Assembly: GCA_965242865.1 (NCBI GenBank)
Contig: CBDETK010000013.1
Coordinates: 4,256,001-4,320,000, forward strand
Origin: Candidatus Latescibacterota bacterium
GTDB taxonomy: Bacteria > Latescibacterota > UBA2968 > UBA8231
Length of the DNA: 64,000 nt
Reading direction: 5' to 3'
Positions within the stretch are counted from its first letter, which is position 1. Every line of letters begins with the position of its first letter. The notes beneath the pieces were generated by a model. The model was given only the letters and a program-made list of their open reading frames with translations. It was not told the DNA's origin and did no database searches. Made by a program: the position numbers and the translations under genes. Below are positions 1 to 9,112 of the stretch, piece after piece.

Positions 1-126
1 GCCATCGACCAAGTGCCGATCGGCAATGGGAAGTGCGGGCCGATCACCGCGCAAATCCAAAAGGGCTTTTTTGCGGTGGTTCGCGTCGAAGTCGAGGATC
101 GGCACGGCTGGTTGACATTCGTGTGA
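1..126 (+). CDS. ilvE: Branched-chain amino acid aminotransferase, C-terminal fragment (5' end outside window)
   Basis: Frame +1 reads AIDQVPIGNGKCGPITAQIQKGFFAVVRVEVEDRHGWLTFV*, matching the class IV aminotransferase C-terminus (IG.G..GPIT..LQ..FF...WLT.V). Confidence 0.75.
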   Translation, partial: AIDQVPIGNGKCGPITAQIQKGFFAVVRVEVEDRHGWLTFV

Positions 127-148
127 CGTATAAAGGAAAGAAGAGAAT

Positions 149-1984
149 ATGCCTGCTGTTAGAATGTCCGTAGTGGCCGCTTGGTTGGGCCTTTGCGTCG
201 TCGCCCCGGCCGCGGCCGAGGAAGGGGCGTGGGAGGTGGTGCAGAAAATGCTCATGAGTACCAAGGATATTGTCGTACTCGACGGCACCAAGAAGGTGCC
301 CCTGCGCTACGAGGGGGAAGCAGAGCCTGCCCACGGCGACTGGATGGTGCGCCACCTGCTGTCCGATCCCGAAAGGCTCAACCCGTACACCTCCAGCGAT
401 GCCGGTGCCAGCAGGGTGCTGGAGCACATCTTTGAGAGCCTGCTCGACGCCGGTCACGATCCGCCGTACAACCTGCGGGGTCGAGTCGCCAAAGAGTACC
501 CGGAGGTTTCCGCGGACAAACTCGCGTACACGTTTGAGTTGCGCGACGGGGTTTACTTTTCAGACGGCAAGCCCCTGACGGCCGCGGACGTGGTCTTCAG
601 CATGAAGGTCATCCACAATCCCCAAGTACTCGCGCCGCATCTGCGCAACTACTACGCCACGGTCCGAGACGTGCAGGTCGTGGAGACCAACAAAATTCGC
701 TTCCTTTGCCGCGAGCCTTATTTCCGCAACGACTTGATCTTGGGTGGCCTTTCTATCCTGCCCAAACACTTCTACGACCCGGAGGGGCTGATGGACCCAG
801 TCGAGCTCACCAGCTTGGTCGATGGCTCTTGGGAGGCCGGGCCGCACGCAGACCGGGTCCGGCGCTTTGCCGACCAGTTCAACCAAAACTTCAACCGCCA
901 AGCCCTCGGGTCCGGGCCGTACCGGATTGAAGACCCAGCGCGCGATTTGGTCACCCAGCAGAAAGTCGTGCTGACGCGGAATGCAAACTACTGGGGGCGG
1001 AATGTGGCAGGGCTGCTGCCGCCCGGGTTTGTCGATAAGGTGGTTTTTAAGATCATCAACAATACGGACGCCGCGTTCATCGAGTTGACCAACGGCCACC
1101 TCGACTACCACAGCTTGCGCCCGCTGGAGTTCCAGAAAAAGAGCTGGTCCGACGACTTTAACCGCCGCTTCCTCAAAGGGGTTAGCTACTCCAGCGGCTA
1201 TGTGTACATCGGGTGGAACAACGACCACCGGATTTTCGGGGATAAGCGGGTGCGCCAAGCCATGACCTACTTGACGGACCGCGAGGGCATGGTGGAGAAC
1301 ATCATGTTCGGCTTGGCCGAGACGGTAGAGGGGCCGATTCACAAATTCCGCCCCGAATACAACCACGACCTCGCGCCGTACCCGTACGACCCCGACCGCG
1401 CCCTCGACCTGCTGGCGGAGGCGGGCTGGGCGGACGCCGACGAGGACGGCATCCTCGACAAGAGCATAGACGGGGAGTTGGTGCCGTTCCGCTTTGAGAT
1501 ATTGGTCAATTCGGGCAACCAGATCCGCAAAGACATCGCCCTAACGGTCCAATACGAACTGCAAGACATCGGCATTGACTGCCGAGTGCGCGAGTTAGAC
1601 TGGTCGATCTTTCTGCAAAAGATCAAGCGCAAAAACTTTGACGCCATGGTGCTGGCCTGGACCGGCAGTTTGCGCTTCGCGCCCGATGGCTACCAGATCT
1701 GGCATTCCTCCCAAGCCGTCGAGAACGGTTCCAACCACGTAGTCTTTGTCAACGACGAAGTGGACCAAATTTTGGAGTCCTATCGCCGCGAGTTCGACGC
1801 GGACCAGCGCACCGCGCTCTACCGCCGCTTTCAGGAGATCCTGCACGAGGAACAGCCGTACACCTTCATGTGGAAGCCGCGCTCGCCCCAAGCCTACAGC
1901 CGCCGCTTCCGCGGCGTCACTTGGTATCCCCCCGGCGTCCGCTTGCAAGACTGGTGGGTCGCGCAGGAAGAGCAGCTATACTAG
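149..1984 (+). CDS. Peptide ABC transporter substrate-binding protein (SBP family 5, OppA/AppA-like)
   Basis: Signal peptide; LNPY, IFESLL, YTFELRDGVYFSDGKPLTAADVVFS, GSGPY and DKRVRQAM family 5 motifs. Confidence 0.93.
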   Translation: MPAVRMSVVAAWLGLCVVAPAAAEEGAWEVVQKMLMSTKDIVVLDGTKKVPLRYEGEAEPAHGDWMVRHLLSDPERLNPYTSSDAGASRVLEHIFESLLDAGHDPPYNLRGRVAKEYPEVSADKLAYTFELRDGVYFSDGKPLTAADVVFSMKVIHNPQVLAPHLRNYYATVRDVQVVETNKIRFLCREPYFRNDLILGGLSILPKHFYDPEGLMDPVELTSLVDGSWEAGPHADRVRRFADQFNQNFNRQALGSGPYRIEDPARDLVTQQKVVLTRNANYWGRNVAGLLPPGFVDKVVFKIINNTDAAFIELTNGHLDYHSLRPLEFQKKSWSDDFNRRFLKGVSYSSGYVYIGWNNDHRIFGDKRVRQAMTYLTDREGMVENIMFGLAETVEGPIHKFRPEYNHDLAPYPYDPDRALDLLAEAGWADADEDGILDKSIDGELVPFRFEILVNSGNQIRKDIALTVQYELQDIGIDCRVRELDWSIFLQKIKRKNFDAMVLAWTGSLRFAPDGYQIWHSSQAVENGSNHVVFVNDEVDQILESYRREFDADQRTALYRRFQEILHEEQPYTFMWKPRSPQAYSRRFRGVTWYPPGVRLQDWWVAQEEQLY

Positions 1985-1990
1985 CAGCCC

Positions 1991-2407
1991 GTGTCCTGTG
2001 CAGACACCCTCCAGTGGGAGAGCCTCCCCCTGCGCCGGGAGAAGCCAGCCAAGTCCATGCTGTTGGTCGCGCTCATCGTCGCTTCGGCCGCGGCCGCGGC
2101 CATTGGGTTTGAGCATTGGTTTTACGGGCTATTTTCTTTCGGAGCATTGACCGCCTCCCTGTCGCGCTATTTCTTTCCCACGCGCTACGTGCTCAACGGC
2201 GAAGGGGTTCACAGCGAACACCTCGGCCTCAAACGACGCCGGTTTTGGGGGGAATTTCGCCGGGCCGACGAACAGCGGGACGGCATTTTTTTGCGGCCGT
2301 CGGTCCGCCCGGGTCGGCTCGATTCCTTTCGCGGCGTTTTTTTGCGCTTCGATCAAAACCGCGCCGAAGTTGCGCGGTTCGTCCGGTGCCATGTTCCGAA
2401 TCAATAG
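1991..2407 (+). CDS. Hypothetical membrane protein (2 TM plus basic soluble tail)
   Basis: GTG start 6 nt after the SBP stop; two hydrophobic helices, then YFFPTRY...RLDSFRG. Confidence 0.7.
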   Translation: MSCADTLQWESLPLRREKPAKSMLLVALIVASAAAAAIGFEHWFYGLFSFGALTASLSRYFFPTRYVLNGEGVHSEHLGLKRRRFWGEFRRADEQRDGIFLRPSVRPGRLDSFRGVFLRFDQNRAEVARFVRCHVPNQ

Positions 2408-2729
2408 CTTAAAAGCCCAGTGGCGGCACGCTTTTGCCCTCGAAGACCCAGCGGCGGGTTGGTCTGAGGACGAGCGGGCACTCGTCGAGCGGCTGGCCGA
2501 GTTTATAGTGAGTCGCCGCTTGGGCGCGGCCGCGACCATGGCGTTGGAGGCCGGTCGCCCGCTCAACTTTTTGGGCAGCCAAGCCTTGGTTTTCTTGGCC
2601 CCGTTTGCCACGCTAATTTTTTCGCCCACCGAGTACCAGCACTTTACGCGCATGTTGGAGCGCCGCGAGTGCATAGACTTGCTCGCCGAGGCCATTGCCC
2701 AGCGCGACAGCCAAAAGCCAAAAGCATGA
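2391..2729 (+). CDS. Hypothetical protein
   Basis: ATG at 2391; stop overlaps the next ATG (ATGA); core LAEFIVSRRLG...LEAGRPLNFLGSQALVFLAPF. Confidence 0.7.
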   Translation: MFRINSLKAQWRHAFALEDPAAGWSEDERALVERLAEFIVSRRLGAAATMALEAGRPLNFLGSQALVFLAPFATLIFSPTEYQHFTRMLERRECIDLLAEAIAQRDSQKPKA

Positions 2730-4507
2730 ATGATCTCAACGTAGTTATCGCCACGGACTGCGGCAGTACCACCACCAAGGCGATCCTCATCGAAAAGAAG
2801 GACGGAGGGTATCGCCAGACCTTTCGCGGCGAGGCCCCCACCACAGTTGAGGCCCCCTTTGAGGACGTCACCCGGGGGGTGCTCAACGCCATTCAAGAGG
2901 TCGAGGAGCTTTCCGGGCGGCAGATCCTCGCGGGCGAGCGGATTATCGCGCCGGCCAACGGCGATGTCGGGGCCGATGTGTACATCTCGACGAGCAGCGC
3001 GGGCGGCGGGTTGCAGATGGTGGTGGCCGGCGTGGTGCTGGCGATGACCGGCGAGAGCGCGCAGCGCTGTGCCTTGGGCGCTGGGGCCATCGTCATGGAC
3101 GCGCTCGCCGCCAACGACGGCCGCTTGCCGCACGAAAAAATAGAGCGCATCCGTCAGTTGCGCCCCGACATGGTGCTGCTGTCGGGCGGCACGGATGGCG
3201 GCACGGTCAGCCACGTGGTTGAATTGGCCGAATTCATCCGCGCGGCCGACCCCAAGCCTCGCTTTGGCGCGGGCTTTAAGCTGCCGGTCATTTTTGCTGG
3301 CAACAAAGACGCGCGCGAGGAGGTTGAAAAGGCGCTGGGGGGGAAGGTGGCCCTGACCGTGACCGAGAATATCCGCCCGGTGCTCGAAGAGGAAAATCTG
3401 GCCCCGGCGCGGCACGTCATTCACGATCTCTTCCTCGAACACGTCATGGCGCAGGCCCCGGGCTACCGCAAGCTGATGGGCTGGACCGGTGCGCCGATTA
3501 GGCCGACGCCCGAGGCCGTAGGCCAGCTCATGCAGACCATTGCCCGCCAGCAGGAAATCAACGTCGTCGGCGTAGATATTGGCGGGGCGACGACCGATGT
3601 GTTCAGCGTCTTTGAGGGCGCGTTCAACCGCACGGTCAGCGCCAACCTCGGCATGTCCTATAGCGTCTCCAACGTGCTGGCCGAGGCCGGCCTCGACCCA
3701 ATCATGCGCTGGGTTCCTTTTGACATTGAGGAGGCCGACCTCCGCGACCGGATTAAAAACAAGATGATCCGGCCGACGACCATCCCCCAGCTCATGCAGG
3801 AGCTGCAAGTCGAGCAAGCCATTGCCCGCGAGGCCCTGCGCTTGGCCTTTGACCAGCACCGGGCGTTGGCGGTGGGATTGAAGGGGGTGCAGAGCAAGCG
3901 CACGCTGGCCGAGGTCTTTGAGCAGGGGGCCACCGGCGAGAGCTTAGTCGAGATGATGACGCTGGACCTGCTAGTCGGCAGCGGCGGCGTGCTCTCCCAC
4001 GCGCCCCGCCGGGCGCAGAGTTGCGCCATGCTCATAGATGCCTTTCAGCCCGAAGGCGTCACCCGCTTGGCAGTCGATAGCATCTTTATGATGCCGCACT
4101 TGGGGGTGCTCGCGACCGTGGACGAGCGGGCCGCGACCGAGGTTTTTGAGCGCGATTGCCTGATCTACTTGGGCACTTGTGTGGCCCCTGTGGGCGCGGG
4201 CAAGGCCGGCGAGGTCTGCCTCCAATACGAAATAGCCCAGCCCAGCGGCAGTCGCACTGGCCAGTTAGAGGTCGGCCAGCTCCAGCGGGTGCCCTTGGCC
4301 GCCGGAGAGGAGGCCGAAGTAGCCCTCCAGCCGGCCCGGCATTGGGATGTGGGGGCCGGCCCGGGGCACGCGCTCCATGCGCGGGTGCGCGGCGGGGTCG
4401 TAGGGCTCGTGTTGGATGGTCGCGGCCGCCCCATCCAGATGGCGACCGACCGCGACCGCTGGCGTCAGGTAAGCGACTGGCAGCGGGCGTTAAACCTATA
4501 CGAGTAG
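2726..4507 (+). CDS. Glutamate mutase L (GlmL/MutL reactivase family) ASKHA-fold ATPase
   Basis: DCGSTTTKA phosphate-1 and DIGGATTDVFS phosphate-2 motifs; family motifs SSAGGGL, LSGGTDGG, PTP, RTVSANLGM and GSGGVL; ATG at 2726. Confidence 0.88.
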   Translation: MNDLNVVIATDCGSTTTKAILIEKKDGGYRQTFRGEAPTTVEAPFEDVTRGVLNAIQEVEELSGRQILAGERIIAPANGDVGADVYISTSSAGGGLQMVVAGVVLAMTGESAQRCALGAGAIVMDALAANDGRLPHEKIERIRQLRPDMVLLSGGTDGGTVSHVVELAEFIRAADPKPRFGAGFKLPVIFAGNKDAREEVEKALGGKVALTVTENIRPVLEEENLAPARHVIHDLFLEHVMAQAPGYRKLMGWTGAPIRPTPEAVGQLMQTIARQQEINVVGVDIGGATTDVFSVFEGAFNRTVSANLGMSYSVSNVLAEAGLDPIMRWVPFDIEEADLRDRIKNKMIRPTTIPQLMQELQVEQAIAREALRLAFDQHRALAVGLKGVQSKRTLAEVFEQGATGESLVEMMTLDLLVGSGGVLSHAPRRAQSCAMLIDAFQPEGVTRLAVDSIFMMPHLGVLATVDERAATEVFERDCLIYLGTCVAPVGAGKAGEVCLQYEIAQPSGSRTGQLEVGQLQRVPLAAGEEAEVALQPARHWDVGAGPGHALHARVRGGVVGLVLDGRGRPIQMATDRDRWRQVSDWQRALNLYE

Positions 4508-4510
4508 CTC

Positions 4511-5626
4511 ATGGCCCACGCTTATACCCCGGGACTGCGCGTGACCCAACGCGCCGCCATCTACAAAGAGCGGCGGTTGCCCCTCCAAGGCGAAGTGGTC
4601 GTCGAGCGCGGCCAAGCCGTGCGCCGCGACCAAGTGGTGGCTCGCACCGAGCTGCCGGGCGAGGTGGCGACGCTCAACTTGGTCAACCGCTTGGGCATCG
4701 CGCCGGGCGAACTCGCCGGCTACATGCTCAAAAAAGAAGGCGACCGAGTCCAAGCCGGCGAGCCGCTCGCCGCGACGAGGCCGTTTATTCGGTGGTTCAA
4801 GACCGTAATTGAATCCCCGGTCAGCGGCACCGTCGAAAGCATTTCGCCGGTTACGGGGCAGGTGCTGTTGCGCCAAGCGCCTAAGCCGGTCGAAGTGCTG
4901 GCGTACGTCGATGGGGTCGTAGCCGAGGTTTTTGCCGACGAGGGGGTGCGCGTCGCCGCGCAAGGCGCGTACATACAGGGCATTTTCGGGGTGGGGGGGG
5001 AGTGCTGGGGTGCGCTGCACTTGGCGGTGGATGCCCCGGACGCCCGCGTCGGGCCGCTGGGCCCCGAAGTGGCGGGCAAGATCGCAGTGGTCGGCAGCCT
5101 GATTGGCGCGGAGACCGTAGAGCAGGCCCGGCAGGCTGGGGCCGTGGGGCTGATTGGCGGCGGCCTGCGCGACCGCGACCTCCGCGACCTGCTCGGGCGC
5201 GATTTGGGCGTGGCCATCACCGGGACCGAGCAAATCGGCCTGACCGTGGTGGCGACCGAGGGCTTTGGCCGCATCGCCATGGCCCGCAAGACTTTTGATA
5301 TTCTCCAAGCCTGCGCTGGCATGGATGCGTCGATGGCCGGCGCGACCCAAATCCGCGCCGGCGTGTTGCGGCCGGAAATCATCATTCCCACCGCCGCTGA
5401 CAACGGAGAAGAAGAGGGCCGGCCGGGCGCGGGCGGGTTGCAGGTGGGCGATTTGTTGCGCGTGATTCGGATGCCCTACTTTGGCCGGATCGGCCGCGTC
5501 AAGGACTTGCCGACCGAGTTGTGCGAGGTGGAGTCCGGGGCGCGGGTGCGGGTGTTGGCCGTAGAGTTTGAAGACGGGGAGCAGGCGGTAGTGCCCCGGG
5601 CAAATGTGGAGCTGATCGAGGGATAA
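4511..5626 (+). CDS. Hypothetical protein with barrel-sandwich-hybrid (lipoyl/RnfC-N-like) segments and C-terminal KOW/SH3-like domain
   Basis: LKKEGDRVQAGEPLA...ESPVSGTVESI; C-terminal LQVGDLLRVIRMPYFGRIGRV...VVPRANVELI; starts 3 nt after the GlmL-like gene. Confidence 0.75.
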   Translation: MAHAYTPGLRVTQRAAIYKERRLPLQGEVVVERGQAVRRDQVVARTELPGEVATLNLVNRLGIAPGELAGYMLKKEGDRVQAGEPLAATRPFIRWFKTVIESPVSGTVESISPVTGQVLLRQAPKPVEVLAYVDGVVAEVFADEGVRVAAQGAYIQGIFGVGGECWGALHLAVDAPDARVGPLGPEVAGKIAVVGSLIGAETVEQARQAGAVGLIGGGLRDRDLRDLLGRDLGVAITGTEQIGLTVVATEGFGRIAMARKTFDILQACAGMDASMAGATQIRAGVLRPEIIIPTAADNGEEEGRPGAGGLQVGDLLRVIRMPYFGRIGRVKDLPTELCEVESGARVRVLAVEFEDGEQAVVPRANVELIEG

Positions 5627-5630
5627 AGGC

Positions 5631-6878
5631 ATGAGAGCAAAAAGCTGGCTCGCTGCATTCGCGTTGGCGTGGCCGTTGGCGAGTGCGGCAGAAAATGCGG
5701 ACCAAGGGCTCGGCACCTTGCTGGTCCATCCTAAGCCGCCGATTGAGGTCCAAGCCTTTGACACCCCCAACGACGACGGGGGCAGCATTACCCTAACTTG
5801 GCCGCGCGACCGCCAGATCAGCGAACATGCGCTGTATCAGGTCGCCATCGCGGACTCGCCCCGCGGGCCTTTTCGCGTCGCGGCCGAGGTCGCGGCCTCG
5901 GGGAATTTGATGTCCGCAGCACCGGCGCTCTTTGGGCACGGGGCCGAGCTGGAAAATTACCATTATGTCAACATCGAGGAATTTGCCGGCGCGGGCGGCA
6001 AGTCTCCGCTAGAAGACGGCAAAACGTATTACTTCCACGTTGATGTGCGGTCCGCCGGGGGCGCGATCCGCGGCAAAGTGATCGTCCACGCCGAGTCGGC
6101 CGGCAATTTTTTCAATCGCGCCAAGGTCAACAATCTGGTGTTGTGCGTCCTGTTCTCAGGGCTTATCATGGGCTACATCGGCATTGCGCGGCGGCGCACG
6201 CTCAAAATTCGCCGCATCGCCGGGCTAGAGGCGCTCGACGAGGCCCTCGGGCGGGCAACCGAGATGGGCAAGCCAGTGCTCTTCATCCACGGCCTGCGCG
6301 ACATGAGCCAAATTTCGACCATTGCCGCAGTCAACATCTTGGGGCGGGTCGCGCGACGCACGGCCGAATACGACACCGCGCTGCGGGTGGTGGCGCCCGA
6401 TCCAGTGGTGATGTCCGTGAGTCAGGAGACCGTGAAAGCCTCGTACATCGAGGCGGGCCGGCCCGATGCCTTCAACCCGGATCACGTCTTCATCGCCGGG
6501 GCCGAGCAGTTTAGCTATGCGGCGGCCGTCGAGGGCATTATGCTCCGCGACCGGCCAGCGGCCCACATTATGATGGGGTATTTCTACGCTGAGTCCCTGC
6601 TGTTGGCCGAAACGGGTTCGACGACCGGGGCGATTCAGATCGCCGGCACCGATGCCTTCACTCAGTTGCCGTTCTTCATTACTACCTGCGACTACACCCT
6701 GCTCGGCGAAGAACTCTACGCCGCCAGTGCCTATCTATCCGGCGAGCCGCGGATGCTGGGCACCCTCAAGGGCCAAGACGCCGGCAAGGCCCTTATTTTG
6801 CTCGTCTTGGCGGTGGGCACGGTCTTGGCAACGGCCGGGCTGTTCCCCCAGCTAACGTACTTCTTCACTCCGCATTGA
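5631..6878 (+). CDS. Membrane protein with N-terminal Fn3-like domain and DUF6754-like domain
   Basis: Signal peptide; DTPNDDGGSITLTW...GKTYYF (Fn3-like); TM followed by IRRIAGLEALDEALGRATEMGKP...GEELYAASAYL and a C-terminal TM. Confidence 0.78.
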   Translation: MRAKSWLAAFALAWPLASAAENADQGLGTLLVHPKPPIEVQAFDTPNDDGGSITLTWPRDRQISEHALYQVAIADSPRGPFRVAAEVAASGNLMSAAPALFGHGAELENYHYVNIEEFAGAGGKSPLEDGKTYYFHVDVRSAGGAIRGKVIVHAESAGNFFNRAKVNNLVLCVLFSGLIMGYIGIARRRTLKIRRIAGLEALDEALGRATEMGKPVLFIHGLRDMSQISTIAAVNILGRVARRTAEYDTALRVVAPDPVVMSVSQETVKASYIEAGRPDAFNPDHVFIAGAEQFSYAAAVEGIMLRDRPAAHIMMGYFYAESLLLAETGSTTGAIQIAGTDAFTQLPFFITTCDYTLLGEELYAASAYLSGEPRMLGTLKGQDAGKALILLVLAVGTVLATAGLFPQLTYFFTPH

Positions 6879-6887
6879 GGAGGGGCC

Positions 6888-7547
6888 ATGCTGTTTTTTA
6901 GCCGCACCTTGCCGCTGGCCGTCGCCTTGGTCTTTGGCCTGCTGGGCATTGCCATCTACTACATACCGCACAGCCATGCCCAGGGCTTTGAGCGCGAGAT
7001 GGCAAAGTGGGTGCGCATCATCGCCGCGTTTGCCTACCTGCTCGGGCTGTACAGCCTGCTCAACCTGCATTGGCAGCGGATCCGCCAGCACGTCGTCGGT
7101 TGGGGCTACAGCTTGGTCGCGATCGCCAGCTTTGTGCTGATGATGGTTTTCGTCGTGTACAACGATGGCCGCGGCCCGTTTGCCGCCCAAGCCGAATCCG
7201 GGGGCTACAACTGGCTCTTCCAATACGTCCACCTGCCCTGTTCGGGCACCATGTTTTCGATCTTGGCCTTTTTCATCGCTTCGGCGGCCTACCGGACCTT
7301 TCGCGCCCGTACGCCCGAGGCCGCGCTGTTGCTGGTCGCGGCGGTGATCGTCATGCTGGGCCGGGTGCCCATTGGCCGGGAGATCTCGGAGTTTTTTCCG
7401 CTGGCGACCGACTGGCTGATGAGCGTACCGAATTTAGCGGCCAAGCGCGGCATTCTGCTCGGGGTGTCGCTCGGGGCCATCGCGACCTCGTTGCGGATCA
7501 TCTTCGGCATTGAGCGTTCGTATTTGGGCGGTGGAGGCGACGAGTGA
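6888..7547 (+). CDS. Polytopic membrane protein, unknown function
   Basis: SD GAGGAGG; about 6 TM helices; TMFSILAFFIASAAYRTFRAR and AAKRGILLG...LRIIFGIER motifs. Confidence 0.8.
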   Translation: MLFFSRTLPLAVALVFGLLGIAIYYIPHSHAQGFEREMAKWVRIIAAFAYLLGLYSLLNLHWQRIRQHVVGWGYSLVAIASFVLMMVFVVYNDGRGPFAAQAESGGYNWLFQYVHLPCSGTMFSILAFFIASAAYRTFRARTPEAALLLVAAVIVMLGRVPIGREISEFFPLATDWLMSVPNLAAKRGILLGVSLGAIATSLRIIFGIERSYLGGGGDE

Positions 7548-8362
7548 TCCAGATCGACCGCCGCATTCTCTTTGCCTTGGTGTTTTTAGGAGTGGTCGGG
7601 CCGCTCTTGATTGGGCTCCACCTGCCGGTCACCCCGAGCAAGCAGGTGCGAGCGGCGTACGACCAGTTTGAGCAGCTCGTCCCCGGGCAGGTCGTCTTAG
7701 TCTCCTTCTCCTACGGCGCCAGCACGGCCCCGGAGATGCAGCCCATGGCGCGGGCGATTTTGCGCCATGCGTTTGGCCGCGGGCTCAAGGTCGTCGCCAT
7801 CTGCCTGTGGCCCGAAGCGACCGGCCTCGCCCAAGCGGTGCTCGAGGAGATGGCGGCCGAATTCGATTTGACTTACGGCGTGGAGTACGCCTTTCTGGGC
7901 TACAAGCCCGGGACCTTTAGCGTCATCCTCAACATGGGACACGACGTCCACGGCGCATTTCCGCAGGACAATTGGGGCGCAGGTGTCGGCGAGTTGGAGT
8001 TGATGCGGAGGGTGCGCTCGTTGCGCGATTTCGACCTCGTCTTCGACCTAGGGGCCGGGGATTCGATTGAGTTTTGGTGGATCCCCTTCGGGCAGGAAAA
8101 GTACGGCTTTCCCTTTGCCGCGGGCTGCACCGCGGTCATGGCCCCGGATCTCTACCCATTTCTCGGCTCGGGCCAGCTCGTGGGCTTGCTCGGCGGCTTG
8201 GCTGGCGCGGCCGAATACGAGGTCCTGATTGGCCGCCGCGACGAGGCCAACAAGAGCATGTCCTCCCAGTCGGTCACCCATCTGGTCATTGTCGCCTTTG
8301 TGATTTTTGGCAATATCGCGTACTTCGCCGGTCGGCGGGGCCGCTCGCCGCAGGAGCGCTGA
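7544..8362 (+). CDS. Membrane-anchored alpha/beta domain protein, unknown function
   Basis: GTGA overlap with upstream gene; N- and C-terminal TM; GCTAVMAP..YPFL.SGQL.GLLGGL.GAAEYE. Confidence 0.8.
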   Translation: MIQIDRRILFALVFLGVVGPLLIGLHLPVTPSKQVRAAYDQFEQLVPGQVVLVSFSYGASTAPEMQPMARAILRHAFGRGLKVVAICLWPEATGLAQAVLEEMAAEFDLTYGVEYAFLGYKPGTFSVILNMGHDVHGAFPQDNWGAGVGELELMRRVRSLRDFDLVFDLGAGDSIEFWWIPFGQEKYGFPFAAGCTAVMAPDLYPFLGSGQLVGLLGGLAGAAEYEVLIGRRDEANKSMSSQSVTHLVIVAFVIFGNIAYFAGRRGRSPQER

Positions 8363-8365
8363 GTC

Positions 8366-9079
8366 GTGCGCGATACGTACGTCTTGTTGGGTTTTGTGCT
8401 GCTGTTTGCGGCCGGCAACATCGCCTTGGTGGCCAGCGGGACCTTGGCGGCCGACTGGACGGGGTTCGGCGTCATGGTCGCGGCCGGCATGACCTTGGCG
8501 CTCTACAGCTTCCTCTACAAGGACAACCCGCTTTTCAAGTTTGCCGAGCACGTCTTCGTCGGCGTGGCCGCGGCGTACATCTTCGGCCAGTACTGGTATC
8601 CGACGATTTACGGCGAGCTCATCGCCGAATGGACCGACCCGGGGAAAGGGGAGACGCCCAATTGGTGGCTGTTGGCCCCGACCGTGCTGGGGCTGTTGAT
8701 GCTGACGCGCTTTTCGCTGCGCTTGGGCTGGCTCAGCCGCTATGCGTTTGCATTTTTCGTCGGCCTCGGGGCCGGCTGGACGATCCCCCGCTATATTTCC
8801 TCCTTCATTCTCGCCCAAATCGAGCCTACATTGCGGCCGCTGACTTGGAGCGTAGAAGGGCTCAATTTGCTGATCGTCCTCGTGGGGGTCGTCGGGGTGT
8901 TGGTTTACTTTTTCTTTTCCGTTGAGCACACCAGCGCGGCGGGCCATATCTCCAAGGTGGGGATCTGGTTTTTGATGGTCTCGTTTGGTGCTTCGTTTGG
9001 TTACACCATTATGGCGAGGGTCTCGCTGTTGATCGGGCGCGTGACCTTTCTCTTAGAGGACTGGCTGCACCTGATGTAA
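8366..9079 (+). CDS. Polytopic membrane protein, unknown function
   Basis: About 7 hydrophobic helices; YSFLYKDNPLFKFAEH and GIWFLMVSFGASFGYTIMAR motifs. Confidence 0.8.
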   Translation: MRDTYVLLGFVLLFAAGNIALVASGTLAADWTGFGVMVAAGMTLALYSFLYKDNPLFKFAEHVFVGVAAAYIFGQYWYPTIYGELIAEWTDPGKGETPNWWLLAPTVLGLLMLTRFSLRLGWLSRYAFAFFVGLGAGWTIPRYISSFILAQIEPTLRPLTWSVEGLNLLIVLVGVVGVLVYFFFSVEHTSAAGHISKVGIWFLMVSFGASFGYTIMARVSLLIGRVTFLLEDWLHLM

Positions 9080-9112
9080 AGGAGTATCGAGAACCACTCC
9101 ACAGGAGGGATT

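Noticed and set aside
2129-3859. Long antisense ORFs (also 4496-5788, 14089-15408, 28488-29582, 31502-32626 and others)
   Set aside because: Shadow frames of well-supported plus-strand genes in GC-rich DNA; no motifs
2726-4507. DNA mismatch-repair MutL
   Set aside because: Name coincidence only; motifs are ASKHA, not GHKL
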